Shown: positions 50,687 to 61,584, counted from the first letter of the stretch. The stretch: DNA of 64,000 nt from an uncultured Gemmataceae bacterium (GCA_963750165.1 CAVVPN010000011.1:288001-352000), one strand, 5' to 3'. Numbers and translations: made by a program. Notes: generated from the sequence alone by a model not told the origin.

Positions 50687-51673
50687 TCACGTCGTTTCCA
50701 ACACCGGCACCGAATCCACCACCTCGCGCACCACCTGCGCCGCCGTCTTGCCCTCGACCTCCGACTCCGGTCGAATGATGAGCCGATGGCCCAGCACGCC
50801 CAGCGCCACGGCCTGCACGTCCTCGTGCGTGAAGTAATGGCGGCCCGCCAGCAGCGCCCGGGCGCAGGCGCAGCGCAGCAGACATAGCGACGCCCGCGGA
50901 CTCGCGCCGAGCGCCACGTCGCGGTGTTCCCGGCTCGACTCCGCCAGATCGACGATGTAGTTCAGCAAGTCGTCACGGCCGTAGACCTGCGCCAACTGCT
51001 GCTGCATCTCCAGAATCAGGTCCGGCGAGAACAGCTCCTGTACCTCCTGCACCGGGGCGCTGTGCAACCGCAGCATTGCCACCTCCTGCTTCGGCGGCGG
51101 ATAGCCCATCTCGACGCGCAGCAGAAAGCGGTCCAGCTGCGCTTCCGGCAGGCGGTAGACGCCCTCCTGCTCGATCGGGTTCTGCGTCGCCAGCACCATG
51201 AACGGCAGCGGCAGCGGCAGCGTCGTGCCCTCGATGGTCACCTGCTGCTCCTGCATCGCTTCGAGCAGCGCCGCCTGCGTCTTGGCGGGCGCACGGTTCA
51301 CCTCGTCGGCCAGCAGCACCTGACAGAACAGCGGCCCCTTGCGCAGCACGAAGTCGTTCGTCTTGCGGTCGAAGATGTAGGTGCCGGTCACGTCCGAGGG
51401 CAGCAGGTCCGGCGTGAACTGCAATCGCTGATACTGGATGCCGAGGATGCGCGCGAACGTCTTCGACAGGGTGGTCTTGGCGACGCCGGGCACGCCCTCG
51501 AGCAACACATGACCGCCGGCCAAAAGCGCGATCAGGAACTGGTGTGTCACGTGTTCCATGCCGACGACGACGCGACCGACCTCGCGGATTGTCTGTTCGC
51601 CCAGCGTGCGGATGCGCGCGGCCCAGTGCTGGATGTCGCTCGTGCTGGCGTCGAGGTTGAGCCCGGGTGTCAT
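50687..51673 (-). CDS. moxR: MoxR-family AAA+ ATPase
   Basis: GHVLLEGVPGVAKT, RLQFTPDLLPSD, LADEVNR, ATQNPIEQEG, LDRF. Confidence 0.93.
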   Translation of the reverse strand: MTPGLNLDASTSDIQHWAARIRTLGEQTIREVGRVVVGMEHVTHQFLIALLAGGHVLLEGVPGVAKTTLSKTFARILGIQYQRLQFTPDLLPSDVTGTYIFDRKTNDFVLRKGPLFCQVLLADEVNRAPAKTQAALLEAMQEQQVTIEGTTLPLPLPFMVLATQNPIEQEGVYRLPEAQLDRFLLRVEMGYPPPKQEVAMLRLHSAPVQEVQELFSPDLILEMQQQLAQVYGRDDLLNYIVDLAESSREHRDVALGASPRASLCLLRCACARALLAGRHYFTHEDVQAVALGVLGHRLIIRPESEVEGKTAAQVVREVVDSVPVLETT

Positions 51674-51686
51674 GGCTGGCGCGGTC

Positions 51687-53135
51687 TCAGGGGTTACCCG
51701 CAGCCGAGGCGGCCGGCCGCGGTGGTTGAGGACGGTCGGAACGGGGCGGCGCCGCGGCCCAGGGCAGCAACTCGCCGGCGGCCAGGGCAGTCTGCACGCG
51801 GGTCAGCGCCTGCAGCAGTGCGGTGAACTGCGGCAGGCGCACCGTCTGCGGCGGCCCATACGCCAGCTGCCACAACAACCCCACCAGCGTGTTCAACCGG
51901 CTGCGCTCGGCGGCGCGGCCGCGTGCCGCCACGGGCGGCGCCGCCGGCCGCCGCAGAGCGTCTCCCTCGAAGCACTGGCGGGCCAGCGTTCGCGCTGCTT
52001 CCCAGAGGTTGCCGTGAGCCAGCACGGCCTGGCGGCGCTGCGCGATCAGCGGCGGCGCTGATTGCAGGTCGGTCACGCGTCGCCGCAGCAGCGGTCCCAG
52101 CGGCAACGGCAGCTTGCCGCGCAGCAGCCGTGCCAGGCCGAGCACTAGCAACAGCACGAAGCCGCCGCCCAGCACCCAGCGCAGAATGCGGTCCTTCGGC
52201 AGGGACTCGATCAGCCAGCGGTTGAAGAGGTTGTCCTCCTCGATAGCGCGCAGCAGCTGGTTGATGAACCGCACCGGCGGGATGGGCAGCGGCGCCAGCG
52301 GCAGTTTCAGATCAGTCACGACCTTGCCGTCCACGATGAACAGGACGTGCTTGCGCTGGCCGTCGTCCGTCAGCCAGCGGACGCAGTTCTTGGCGAACAG
52401 GAAATTGTCGCAGTCGCGCCCCGGCTTGTCGAGCTGGGCTACCAGGCCGTTCATGAACAGGCTGTGGCCGGGGATGATGAGCACGCGCTGGTCCGGCCGC
52501 GAGTCGGCTTTGGTGCCGGCGATGTACGGCGCGTCCCACAACGGACCCATCCCGGTCGGCCAGCGGTAATGCCCATCCGGGTACTTGCACAACACCTGGA
52601 AGGCACAATCGGGCGCCAGCCACAGCGGGCAGGGGTAGTGGGCCGCCAGACCGCGGGACAGGCCCGCGAAGATCGGGTGCGGCGGGGCCTTATCAGTCTT
52701 GATGTACAGAAAGCGCGGGTCGCCGCGATAGGCGTTCGCCAGGCCCCATTGGCTGCACTCGTACCATTCCGGGCCGACACGGACCTTGAGGTCTGCCAGC
52801 CGGCCGCGGTCATTGCGGTCCACGGCGATCAGCAGTGCCCCGCCGTTCTCCCGGAACCAATTCAGGCCACCGATCTCCCGCGTCACTACGTCCAACCCTT
52901 TGGGGTCGCCGAAGACGATGACCACCGTGTCTTTCCACCTGTCGCGGGTGAGGTCGCTGGCGCGCGTCAGGGGTTGCAAGCCGAAGACCTTGGCGAGCAT
53001 GTTGCTGAAGATTTGCGTTCCCTTGAAGGGCACCTTCGTCGGGGGCAGTTGGGCGTGAGCGGGCGCGGCGGCCAGCCAGGCGACGCACAGGCCGGCGAGC
53101 AGACCGACGCGGGCTATCCGGAGGCGGCCGCTCAT
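51687..53135 (-). CDS. Secreted/membrane protein of MoxR operon (DUF4350-like)
   Basis: Signal peptide, GGALLIA.D, SLFMNG, DNFLFA.N, late TM segment; ATGA-coupled to upstream gene. Confidence 0.6.
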   Translation of the reverse strand: MSGRLRIARVGLLAGLCVAWLAAAPAHAQLPPTKVPFKGTQIFSNMLAKVFGLQPLTRASDLTRDRWKDTVVIVFGDPKGLDVVTREIGGLNWFRENGGALLIAVDRNDRGRLADLKVRVGPEWYECSQWGLANAYRGDPRFLYIKTDKAPPHPIFAGLSRGLAAHYPCPLWLAPDCAFQVLCKYPDGHYRWPTGMGPLWDAPYIAGTKADSRPDQRVLIIPGHSLFMNGLVAQLDKPGRDCDNFLFAKNCVRWLTDDGQRKHVLFIVDGKVVTDLKLPLAPLPIPPVRFINQLLRAIEEDNLFNRWLIESLPKDRILRWVLGGGFVLLLVLGLARLLRGKLPLPLGPLLRRRVTDLQSAPPLIAQRRQAVLAHGNLWEAARTLARQCFEGDALRRPAAPPVAARGRAAERSRLNTLVGLLWQLAYGPPQTVRLPQFTALLQALTRVQTALAAGELLPWAAAPPRSDRPQPPRPAASAAGNP

Positions 53136-54419
53136 GCGTGACTCACTCCGGCCAGCAGACACAGGTCGCGGCGGGCGGCGGCCACGGCGTCGGGGGACAG
53201 CGGTTCATCGTCCGGCGTGTAGCGGGCCTGCTCGTACAGCGCCGCCAGCTCGTCGGCGGCCTGCCGGCGCTCGGCGCGGCCTCCGGGTTGCCGATCGCAG
53301 CGGCGATGTTCTTGTGGTTCCAGGCACGCGCCGCCGACCCCAGCAGCAGCAGCGCCAGATACTCGAAGGCAGCGACCAGTTCGGCGCGGGTGCTGACGCG
53401 GCCGGGCGGCAGCGGCCAGCCCGCCGGGCTCGACGCCGCTGCCCGATGACGACCGCCCAGCAGCGGCACGCCGCGCATCCGCAGGACGATGAGCACCGCC
53501 GCGACCACGACGACGAGACCGACCACCCACAGCAGGCCGTGGCCGAACCCCGAGAAGCCGGCGCCCGGCAGTTGCGCTGCGGGCGCCGCCCGCGGCCCGA
53601 GCCATCCACCGGGGTTGGCCGGCATCAGGTTGGGCCGTCCCAGCGACGGCGGGGTGTCGCCGTTCCGCAGCCGCAACGACCGCCCCAGGGACTTGCTCGG
53701 TACAAATTGCTCCAGCTTCCGCCGCATTTGCTCCAGCTGGGTGTTGCTCAGGCGCAGACCGTCGAAGTTGGACTTGCGCAGCGCCGCCTCGAAGTTGGTG
53801 ACGCTCTTCTGGAACCCATCGGACTGGAGCACCCTGGCGGCGAAGTCCGTCTTCTCCAGGCGCTGGACCGCCCCTTCCAACAACCGGGACAGCGGATCTT
53901 CCTGGTCGCGCGGCGGTTCGGTCTGCAACGGTTTGGGGATTTCGGGCCGCTTGTTGTTGTCCGGGTTGTTGGGCAGCTGGTCGAAGGGCTTCCTGTCCGG
54001 CGGCTGCGGTTCGTCGGGCCGCGGTCGCTTCCCCTCGATGAGGTCGTCCCGGGGCTGCGCCCGGTCCTTGAAGGCATCGCGAATGGCCTGCTTCTCGTCC
54101 TCGGGCATGTTCTTGATGATGTCCGCGACGTGCTGGTTCTTCGCCAACTTGTCCTTGACGGCCGGGTCGTTGATGTTGAACTTGTCGAGCAGTGTTTTGT
54201 ACTTGTCGGGGTGCTTTTTAAAGTCGTCCAGAATGTGGTGGAAGGCTTTCTCCAGGCTGCCGGCGTTTTTCAGGCGCTCGTTGAGCACGGCAGGGTCGGA
54301 CTCGAACTGAAACTCGGCATAGGGCGGCGGCGGGTCGTCGTTCTTCTGCGCCCAGCGCGCGGCGTCAAACCGCCCAGGGCGAGCGCTGCCAACACCGGCC
54401 ACCAGCAGGTCCGTTTCAT
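53132..54419 (-). CDS. Membrane protein of MoxR operon (DUF4129-like C-terminus); frameshifts near 54355 and 53275
   Basis: MKRTCWWPVLAALALGG signal, body in ORF 53143..54720, ending LAALYEQARYTP in a third frame. Confidence 0.6.
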
Positions 54420-54542
54420 GTCCGTTAATCCCCGCACGCCAGCGTCTGCGGTTCGAGAAGGCACCTGCGCATTCTAAGGCCGCTCCGGAGCGATTGCAAG
54501 CCGCCGCAAGCCGCCGCCAGCGCGGCCAGCCGTGGTAAAAAA

Positions 54543-55041
54543 TCACCCCGGCTTCTCCTCGCCGCGACGGCGCAACACCTCGTTCTCCAGCGCCGTGATG
54601 CGCTCGTGCAGGTGCCGCACCTCGTCGCGCAACTGCGCGACCTGCTCGGACTGATCCACCAGTCGCTCGTACTCCTCCGCGGCGCTGCGCACGGCCGCTT
54701 CCAGTTCCTCCGGCTGCCACGGCTTCTTCAGGAATTGAAAGATGTGCCCCTGATTGATCGCCGCGATGATCGACTCCAGGTCCGCGTAGCCGGTGAACAA
54801 CATGCGCACCGCCCGGGGATGGCCGCGCCGCACCTTCGTCAGCAGTTCCACGCCCGTGATCTGCGGCATCCGCTGGTCCGTCATGATGATGTGGACCTCG
54901 TTATCGCGCAGCAGCTGGTAGCCCTCCTGGGCGCTGCGCCTTGAGCACGTTGAACTCGCGCCGCAACAGGTCATGGACCGAGTCGCAAACATCCGGCTCG
55001 TCGTCGATGACCAGCAGCGTGTGTTTCGGTTTCGCCTTCAT
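54543..55041 (-). CDS. Response regulator receiver protein; frameshift near 54938
   Basis: LLVIDDEPDV, IMTDQRMP..TGVELL, LFTGY, KPW; ATGA overlap with kinase stop. Confidence 0.85.
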
Positions 55042-57920
55042 ACCGTGTCCTCCCGTCCGCTGTGCCGCGGCAGGTAAATGCGGAACGTCGTCCCCCGGCC
55101 CGGTTCGCTATCCACCTCAATGCGGCCGTCGTGGGCCGTCACGATGTTGTGCGAGATCGACAGCCCCAGCCCCGTTCCCTCGCCCACGTCCTTGGTCGTG
55201 AAGAACGGATCGAACAGCCGCGACAGGTGCGCCGGGTCGATGCCGCAACCGTTGTCCGACACCTCAATCCTTAGCTCATCATTCTCCCAGCGGGTTCGCA
55301 CGCCGAGTCGATTGCCCTCCGACCGGCCCGTCGCCTCGATGGCCTGCAGGCCGTTGACCAGCAGGTTGAGCAGCACCTGGCTCAGCTGCGTACTCACGCA
55401 GCGCACGCGCGAATTCGGGTCGTAGTCCAGCTCGACCTGGACGCTCTTGCGCCGCAGCCGGCCGCGGATGATTTCCAAACTGTTCTCCACCAGGTCCGGG
55501 ATGCTCGTGTCCTGGCGGTGCGGCGAATCGGTGCGGGCCAGGCCGCGCAGGCTGTGAACGATGCGCGTTACACGGTCCACACCGTCGCGCGTCCGCGCCA
55601 GCAGCCGCGGCAGGTTGTTGCGGATGTACGGCAGGTCGATCTCCTCGGTCAGCTCCGTGACCTGCGCGGCCAGCGTCGCGTCGAGTTGCGGCAGCCGTTC
55701 GCCCAGGCCGCCGTACAGCTCGAGCAACTGCAGCAGCCCCTTGCAGTCGCGCTCCAGCACGGCGAGGTTGTTGCCGACGAACGCCAGCGGGTTGTTGATT
55801 TCGTGGGCCACGCCCGCCGACAGCAAACCGATGGACGCCATCTTCTCATTCTGCACCAGGCGCAGGCGGATACGGTTGCGTTCCGTCAAATCGCGGATGG
55901 CTCCCAGGAACTGCAGCGCCGAGCCGTCGCCCTCGATGACGCTCAGCGCGATTTCCATTGGGAAAACACTGCCGTCCTTGCGCCGGCCGTGCATCTCCAT
56001 TGGCCGGCCGATGATGGTCGAGCGCCGCGTCGCCAGGTAGCGCGCGAAGCCGTGGTCGTGCTTCTCGCGGTACTGCGGCGGCACCAGCAGCGTCACTGGC
56101 TGGCCGATGGCCTCGGCGGCGCTGTAGCCGAACAGCCGCTCCGCCGCCGGGTTGAAGAGCATGATAACGCCCTGGTGGTCCGCCAGCACGATCGCGTCCA
56201 GGGTGGACTCGGTCAACTGACGATAGCGGTGCTCGGACGCCTGCAAGACCTCCTCGGCCCGCTTGCGCGGCGTCACGTCCCAGAACATGCCCTGTGTGCC
56301 GACCGTCTCACCCTGGCTGTTGACCACTGAGGTCTTGATAACCTGCACGTAAATCCGCTCGCCCGACGGCAGCAGGTGTTCCTCGACCGTCTCCAGCGGC
56401 TGGCCGGTCTGCATCACCCGGTCGTCGTCGGCCCGGTACTTGGCCGCCAGCGCCACCGGAAACAGGTCGTAGTCGGTCATGCCGACCAGATGTTGCAGGT
56501 CGGTCCTGAGCGTGTTGCAGTAACGCTGGTTGCCGAAGAGGACGCGGCCCTCGCGATCCTTGCGGAACAGGTTGAGCGGCAGGCTCTCTACCAGCGACTG
56601 GTAAAACGCCTCGGAGTCGTGCAGCGCCTGCGTGACGCGCTGGCGGTCGAGCACCTGGCCGATCTGGTCGCCCAGCGCGGCCATCAGCGCCAGCAGGGCG
56701 GGTTCGGGTTCGTCCGGCGTGGTGTTGTACGTCTCGATGACGCCGAGGACGGCACCGCTTGAGCGGATCGGGAAGGCGAAGCCCTGCCGCAGTCCCTCGC
56801 GGCGAGCGGTGTCCACGCGCGGAAAATTCGGGCTCGTCGCGGCCTCGGTGAGGCGAGCCGGCTGCCCCGTCTCCCAGACGACGCCCGGCAGTCCGGTGCC
56901 GGGCGGGAGAACCGCGTGGCGCGTCAAGGTGACGAACTCCGGCACGGCCAGGCCGGGGTGGCTCCAGACCGCCAGGCAGCGCAGGCGGTGTTTTTTGCCC
57001 CGCAGCACCCACAGGGCGCTGACATCCCAGCCCAGGCCCTCGCAGATTTCGCGCAGCAGGCCGTCGGCCGCCTCCTCGATGCCGGTGGCTTCGGCCAGAA
57101 CGCGCGTGACGGCGAACTGCGTGGCCTGGCGCTGCTCGCTGGTTTTGCGGCGAGTGATGTCGCGGGCCACGAGGATGCCGCCGCGCACCTGGCCGTTGTC
57201 GTCGCGCAGCGGCCGGCCGGTGAGGCTGGCCCAGCGACCCTGCGGCGCCTGCGCGTGTCGCAGGAACAGCTCGTACTGGTCGAACGACTCGCCGCGCAGC
57301 GTCCGCTCCAGGGGCAGCTGGTCGCGCGGGCAGCGCGTGACGCGGTCGGGCAGGTAGGCGCCGAAGGGTGGCGGCATGGACTGGAAGCCGAAGTCCTCGT
57401 CGGGCAGGCCGTAGAGCCGGCGGGCGGCGGCGTTGCACACCAGGAAGCGGCCAGCGGAATCGGCGACAATGACGGCGTCGCCCATGTTGGCCAGGACCGA
57501 CTGGAAGAGAGTGGATTGTTGTTGCAGGGCCAGTTCCGACTGTTTGCGCTGGGTGATGTCGCGCATGACGGCGAGCACGGCTGGCCGGCCGTCGATGACG
57601 ATGGCGGAGGTGTTGATGTCCACGGGGATGGTGCGGCCGTCCCTGGTGCGGTGCAGCCCCTCGACGCGCAGGTGGCCGCCGGCGAGCTGCGCCTGCAGAC
57701 GGTTGGAGAAGCCGGCGGCGAACTCGGGGGCGTCGATGTCGCGCGTGGTCATGGTGAGCAGTTCGGCGCGTGTGTAGCCGAGGCGCTCGCAGGCGGCGGG
57801 GTTGGCGTCGAGGATGTGGCCGTCGAGGTCGTGGACGAAGACGGCGTCGTCGATGCCCTCGAAGAGAGCGCGTGCCCAGCCCTCGGTTCGGGCCGGCGCG
57901 GTGTGTTCGACTGTGCTCAC
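55038..57920 (-). CDS. Multi-PAS/GAF sensor histidine kinase
   Basis: Four PAS-like and one GAF-like domains; AHEINNP H-box, NLLVNG, DNGCG, FFTTK, GTGLGL. Confidence 0.93.
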   Translation of the reverse strand: MSTVEHTAPARTEGWARALFEGIDDAVFVHDLDGHILDANPAACERLGYTRAELLTMTTRDIDAPEFAAGFSNRLQAQLAGGHLRVEGLHRTRDGRTIPVDINTSAIVIDGRPAVLAVMRDITQRKQSELALQQQSTLFQSVLANMGDAVIVADSAGRFLVCNAAARRLYGLPDEDFGFQSMPPPFGAYLPDRVTRCPRDQLPLERTLRGESFDQYELFLRHAQAPQGRWASLTGRPLRDDNGQVRGGILVARDITRRKTSEQRQATQFAVTRVLAEATGIEEAADGLLREICEGLGWDVSALWVLRGKKHRLRCLAVWSHPGLAVPEFVTLTRHAVLPPGTGLPGVVWETGQPARLTEAATSPNFPRVDTARREGLRQGFAFPIRSSGAVLGVIETYNTTPDEPEPALLALMAALGDQIGQVLDRQRVTQALHDSEAFYQSLVESLPLNLFRKDREGRVLFGNQRYCNTLRTDLQHLVGMTDYDLFPVALAAKYRADDDRVMQTGQPLETVEEHLLPSGERIYVQVIKTSVVNSQGETVGTQGMFWDVTPRKRAEEVLQASEHRYRQLTESTLDAIVLADHQGVIMLFNPAAERLFGYSAAEAIGQPVTLLVPPQYREKHDHGFARYLATRRSTIIGRPMEMHGRRKDGSVFPMEIALSVIEGDGSALQFLGAIRDLTERNRIRLRLVQNEKMASIGLLSAGVAHEINNPLAFVGNNLAVLERDCKGLLQLLELYGGLGERLPQLDATLAAQVTELTEEIDLPYIRNNLPRLLARTRDGVDRVTRIVHSLRGLARTDSPHRQDTSIPDLVENSLEIIRGRLRRKSVQVELDYDPNSRVRCVSTQLSQVLLNLLVNGLQAIEATGRSEGNRLGVRTRWENDELRIEVSDNGCGIDPAHLSRLFDPFFTTKDVGEGTGLGLSISHNIVTAHDGRIEVDSEPGRGTTFRIYLPRHSGREDTV

Positions 57921-58010
57921 GGACGGAACCCTCCTTCGCTTGCGGGCTCTCGTTCTGCCGCTTGCGGCTTAGCGCTCCCCGCCAGGCCACAAGCGGCAGA
58001 AAGAAGGGCT

Positions 58011-60071
58011 TTAGCCAACCACCACCCGCGGCTGCCGTTCCGGCCGGGGCTCCGACCGCAGCAGCAGCTCGCGCACCTTCCAAGGCACGTTGCCTTCGCC
58101 GAAGGCCAGATAGCTCCAGCTCGCTTCCAGCAGGTCCAACTCCGACCAGCCGAAATGCACGCCGGGCGGCCGGCTCGACTTCGACATCTCCAGCGCCACC
58201 GCCGCGATGGCGTGCGCCACCGAAACGCAGTGCGTCACCTTGATGACGAAACGTCGTTCCTCGCGGATCACCTCGATTAACAGTTTTTGATAGAAGTTAC
58301 TCGGGTCATCGACCTCCACCTCCAGGAACACAATGTCCACATCCGGCGCCAGCTGGTGGTCCTGGCGGATGCACTGTTCCTTCAGGTCGCGCTCGTGGCG
58401 GCCGGGCCGGTGCGGCACCAGGATGGGGAAGTCGGCGCAGCACAGGCTGTCCCAGAGGAATTTCGACGTATCGTCCTTGAACTCGAAGCCGAGCGTGCGC
58501 AGCTCATCAACGCGCAGGGCACGGGCGCTGATCGATGAGGCGAGAATGGTGCCGACGAACAGTGCCGCGATCAACAAACCGCTGCTGGACTGCACGATCA
58601 CCGCGAAGGTGGTGGCGACGAAGACGACAGCAATCACGGTGAAGCCCAGGGGCCGCTGGAGCAGCCGGCGCTTGCCGGGCTCGCGGCGGCTGGCGACAGC
58701 GGCGATGACGGCGCCGTCGGACAGCAGCACCAGTACCGCTGTGGCGTAGGCGGCGCGCTGGTCATTCACGTCGGCGCGGAAGTAGACCGTCACCGCCAGG
58801 TTGACCAGCGCGAACAGCGCCAGCAGCACGCCCCAGCGGTGCGACCAGCGCAATTCCATACCGAAGCGCAGCAAGAACTGCGGCAGCAGTCCCGCCAGCG
58901 CCGTCATGACGCTGGTGCCAGCCAGCGACAGCAGGCAAATCGTGGTCACGTCGTAGAGGGTGCCGAAGGGCCGGCCGCACCACGGCAGCAGCCGCGCCGG
59001 CCCGGCGCCGTCGGCCAGACGGCCGCCGTGCGCCAGGTAGGCCAGGGCGCGGTTGTGGGCCGCTCCGTCCGTGGCGAACGCCTCCGCCGGCACCAGCAGC
59101 GTCGTCACCAGCACCGAGCCGAGCAGGTACACGCTCATGATGAGGGCAGCGACGACGAGCAGCTTGCGTGTGTTGCGAATGCGGCCGCGCGGCCGGGCCG
59201 GGTCGTCGTCCGGGTCGCCCTGGACCTGCGGCATCAGAATCAGGCTCATCTCGAAGCCGGAGAAGCCCAGCGACAACTCTGGCAGCAGCAGCAGGCACAG
59301 GATCGCGATGCCGCCCCAGCCGCTGAAGGCCGAGGGCGCCCGCAATTGCCAGTCACCGGTGCCCAGCTGGTCCAGCCAGCGCTGCACATGCTCGGGGTGC
59401 CCGGCCAGGTAGCCGAGGCCACCGCCGATGACCAGGGCGTTCAGTAGCAGGTACACGACGACGATGGGCGCCGCCAGAACCAGGACGTTCTTGTTGAAGC
59501 CATTGCGCAGCACCCACCAGAAGACGAAGCCGACAATGCTCAGCGCGATGGTGAGCACGAGTTGTTCGTTGATGTAATCGGCGCAGAAGTCGCCGGCGAA
59601 TTCGCGCACGGTTTCGCGGGCGGTGATGACAGATTCGTTGGCGGCGACGTAAGCCTGCGGCCGCTCTTCCTCGACGTAGCGATTTTTGGCCAGGTGCGTG
59701 GCGGCGTCGGCCAGCGAGATCGTTTTGAGCATCACGAAGTCGGTGGCAGCGAAGCCGAGCAGGATGAGGACCAGCGTCTTGCCGCGCCAGCCGTGCAGAT
59801 ACCGTTCGAGCAGGGCGATGGAGCCCTGGCCGTGGGCGGAACGGCCGGCGATGAACCAGTAGACCGGCACGGCGCCGAAGAGCGTGAGCAGCACGACCAG
59901 GACGGTCGCCAGCGGCGCCAGGCGGCCGGCAAGCTGGAAGCTGAGCGAGGGCTGGTAGGCGAGGGTGCTGAAGTAATCGACGCCGAGCAGGCACAGCACC
60001 CACGGCCACCACGCCGGCGGCGCCGGCCGGGCGGCAGGCGTGTCAGGCAACGGCTCCGAGGCGGCGGTCAT
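58011..60071 (-). CDS. APC-superfamily (amino acid/K+ permease-like) membrane transporter
   Basis: GVDYFSTLAY, GFSGFE, ~12 TM segments, soluble C-terminal domain. Confidence 0.8.
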   Translation of the reverse strand: MTAASEPLPDTPAARPAPPAWWPWVLCLLGVDYFSTLAYQPSLSFQLAGRLAPLATVLVVLLTLFGAVPVYWFIAGRSAHGQGSIALLERYLHGWRGKTLVLILLGFAATDFVMLKTISLADAATHLAKNRYVEEERPQAYVAANESVITARETVREFAGDFCADYINEQLVLTIALSIVGFVFWWVLRNGFNKNVLVLAAPIVVVYLLLNALVIGGGLGYLAGHPEHVQRWLDQLGTGDWQLRAPSAFSGWGGIAILCLLLLPELSLGFSGFEMSLILMPQVQGDPDDDPARPRGRIRNTRKLLVVAALIMSVYLLGSVLVTTLLVPAEAFATDGAAHNRALAYLAHGGRLADGAGPARLLPWCGRPFGTLYDVTTICLLSLAGTSVMTALAGLLPQFLLRFGMELRWSHRWGVLLALFALVNLAVTVYFRADVNDQRAAYATAVLVLLSDGAVIAAVASRREPGKRRLLQRPLGFTVIAVVFVATTFAVIVQSSSGLLIAALFVGTILASSISARALRVDELRTLGFEFKDDTSKFLWDSLCCADFPILVPHRPGRHERDLKEQCIRQDHQLAPDVDIVFLEVEVDDPSNFYQKLLIEVIREERRFVIKVTHCVSVAHAIAAVALEMSKSSRPPGVHFGWSELDLLEASWSYLAFGEGNVPWKVRELLLRSEPRPERQPRVVVG

Positions 60072-60087
60072 GTTATGGTCCAAACGG

Positions 60088-60187
60088 ATTCACCACAAAG
60101 ACACAAAGGACACAAAGGACAGACAACCGGGCGGAATGCAATTTAGTTCTTGTTCTTCTTTGTGTCCTTTGTGTCTTTGTGGTGAAT
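60088..60187. repeat. Intergenic hairpin with 8-9-bp periodic ACACAAAG units
   Basis: ATTCACCACAAAGACACAAAGGACACAAAG ... CTTTGTGTCCTTTGTGTCTTTGTGGTGAAT. Confidence 0.75.
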
Positions 60188-60287
60188 GCTCTTCCAATCC
60201 CCGGCCCCTTTAAAACCAGGGGGTTTCTGCATATCATGCCATTTTCGCCCCGAAACGCAACCCTCGCCCCTTTCAGGGACTCCTGCC

Positions 60288-61487
60288 ATGGCGGATGACT
60301 TGGCCTTTGACGCACCCCGGGCTGTGGACCGCCTGCTGCGCTTCCTCGACATTCCCGGCGTCACCGGCGAGGAGGAGGCCATCGGCCGGGCGGTCGCGCA
60401 GGCGCTGCGCGAAGCCGGCGTGCCGCCCCGGGACATCGTCTTCGACAACGCCAACCGCGACATCCCGCTGCCGACGCAGACCGGCAACCTCATCGTCCAG
60501 TTGCCTGGCACGCGCAAGGGGCCGCGCCGGCTGTTCATGACGCACCTCGACACGGTGCCGCTGTGCGCCGGTTGCAAACCGGTGCGCAAGGCCCAGCGCA
60601 TCGTGTCGGTGGCGCCGACGGCCCTGGGCGGCGACAACCGCACCGGCGTCGGCGTCCTGGTAACGCTGGCCACGACGCTGTTGCAGCGCCGGCTGGAGTA
60701 CGGCCCGCTCACGTTGCTGTTCACGGTGCGCGAGGAGAGCGGTTTGTGGGGGGCGCGCTTCGTCAACAAGGCCCTGCTGGGCGAACCGGTGATGGGCTTC
60801 AACGTCGATGGCAGCTCCGCGCGGCAGATCACCGTCGGGGCGGTCGGGGCGGAGCGCTGGCAGGCGGAGATCGAGGGGCGGGCGGCCCACGCGGGCGTCC
60901 ACCCGGAGCGCGGCGTGTCGGCGACGCTGGTGGCGGCGCTGGCGCTGGCGGAAATCCACAAGGACGGCTGGTTCGGCAAGGTGACGCGCAACGGCCACGA
61001 GGGCACGTCGAACGTCGGCAGCGTCGCCGGCCGCGGCGGCAAGAGCGCCGGCGAGGCGACCAACGTCGTCACCGACTACGCCGAGGTGCGCGGCGAATGC
61101 CGCAGTCACGACGCGCAGTTCGCCAGCGCCATCACCAAGGCATATCGTGACGCCTTCGCCGCGGCGGCCAAGCGCGTGGCGGACGACCGCGGCCGCAGCG
61201 CCCGGGTGCGCTTCCAGGCGCGGCGCGACTATTATCCGTTCCGGCTCAAGGACAACAGCCCGGTAGTCAAGCAGGCGGTGGCGGCCGCGGCGGTCGCGGG
61301 CTGGGAGCCGACGTTGCGCGTCACCAACGGCGGCCTCGACGCCAACTGGCTGGTGCGCCACAAGGTGCCGACCATCACGTTCGGCGCCGGTCAGAATAAC
61401 GTCCACACCGTTGAGGAGTTCGTGGAGATCGCGGACTACCTCGAAGGCTGCCGCTACGCGCTGGCGCTGGCGACGCAGGGCGGTTAG
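60288..61487 (+). CDS. M20-family metallopeptidase (peptidase T-like)
   Basis: THLDTV, LGGDN, REESG, AHAG..PE.G, GGLDAN, HTVEE. Confidence 0.9.
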   Translation: MADDLAFDAPRAVDRLLRFLDIPGVTGEEEAIGRAVAQALREAGVPPRDIVFDNANRDIPLPTQTGNLIVQLPGTRKGPRRLFMTHLDTVPLCAGCKPVRKAQRIVSVAPTALGGDNRTGVGVLVTLATTLLQRRLEYGPLTLLFTVREESGLWGARFVNKALLGEPVMGFNVDGSSARQITVGAVGAERWQAEIEGRAAHAGVHPERGVSATLVAALALAEIHKDGWFGKVTRNGHEGTSNVGSVAGRGGKSAGEATNVVTDYAEVRGECRSHDAQFASAITKAYRDAFAAAAKRVADDRGRSARVRFQARRDYYPFRLKDNSPVVKQAVAAAAVAGWEPTLRVTNGGLDANWLVRHKVPTITFGAGQNNVHTVEEFVEIADYLEGCRYALALATQGG

Positions 61488-61492
61488 TTCTG

Positions 61493-61584
61493 CCGCTTGC
61501 GGCTTAGCGCGCTGCGTCCCTCCCGCCGCCAACCCCTATCTTCTCAGCGCCGGGAGGGTGTCGGAGCGCTAAGCCGCAAGCGGC
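61493..61584. repeat. REP-like inverted pair CCGCTTGCGGCTTAGCGC / GCGCTAAGCCGCAAGCGG; another copy near 57958
   Basis: Direct inspection. Confidence 0.65.
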
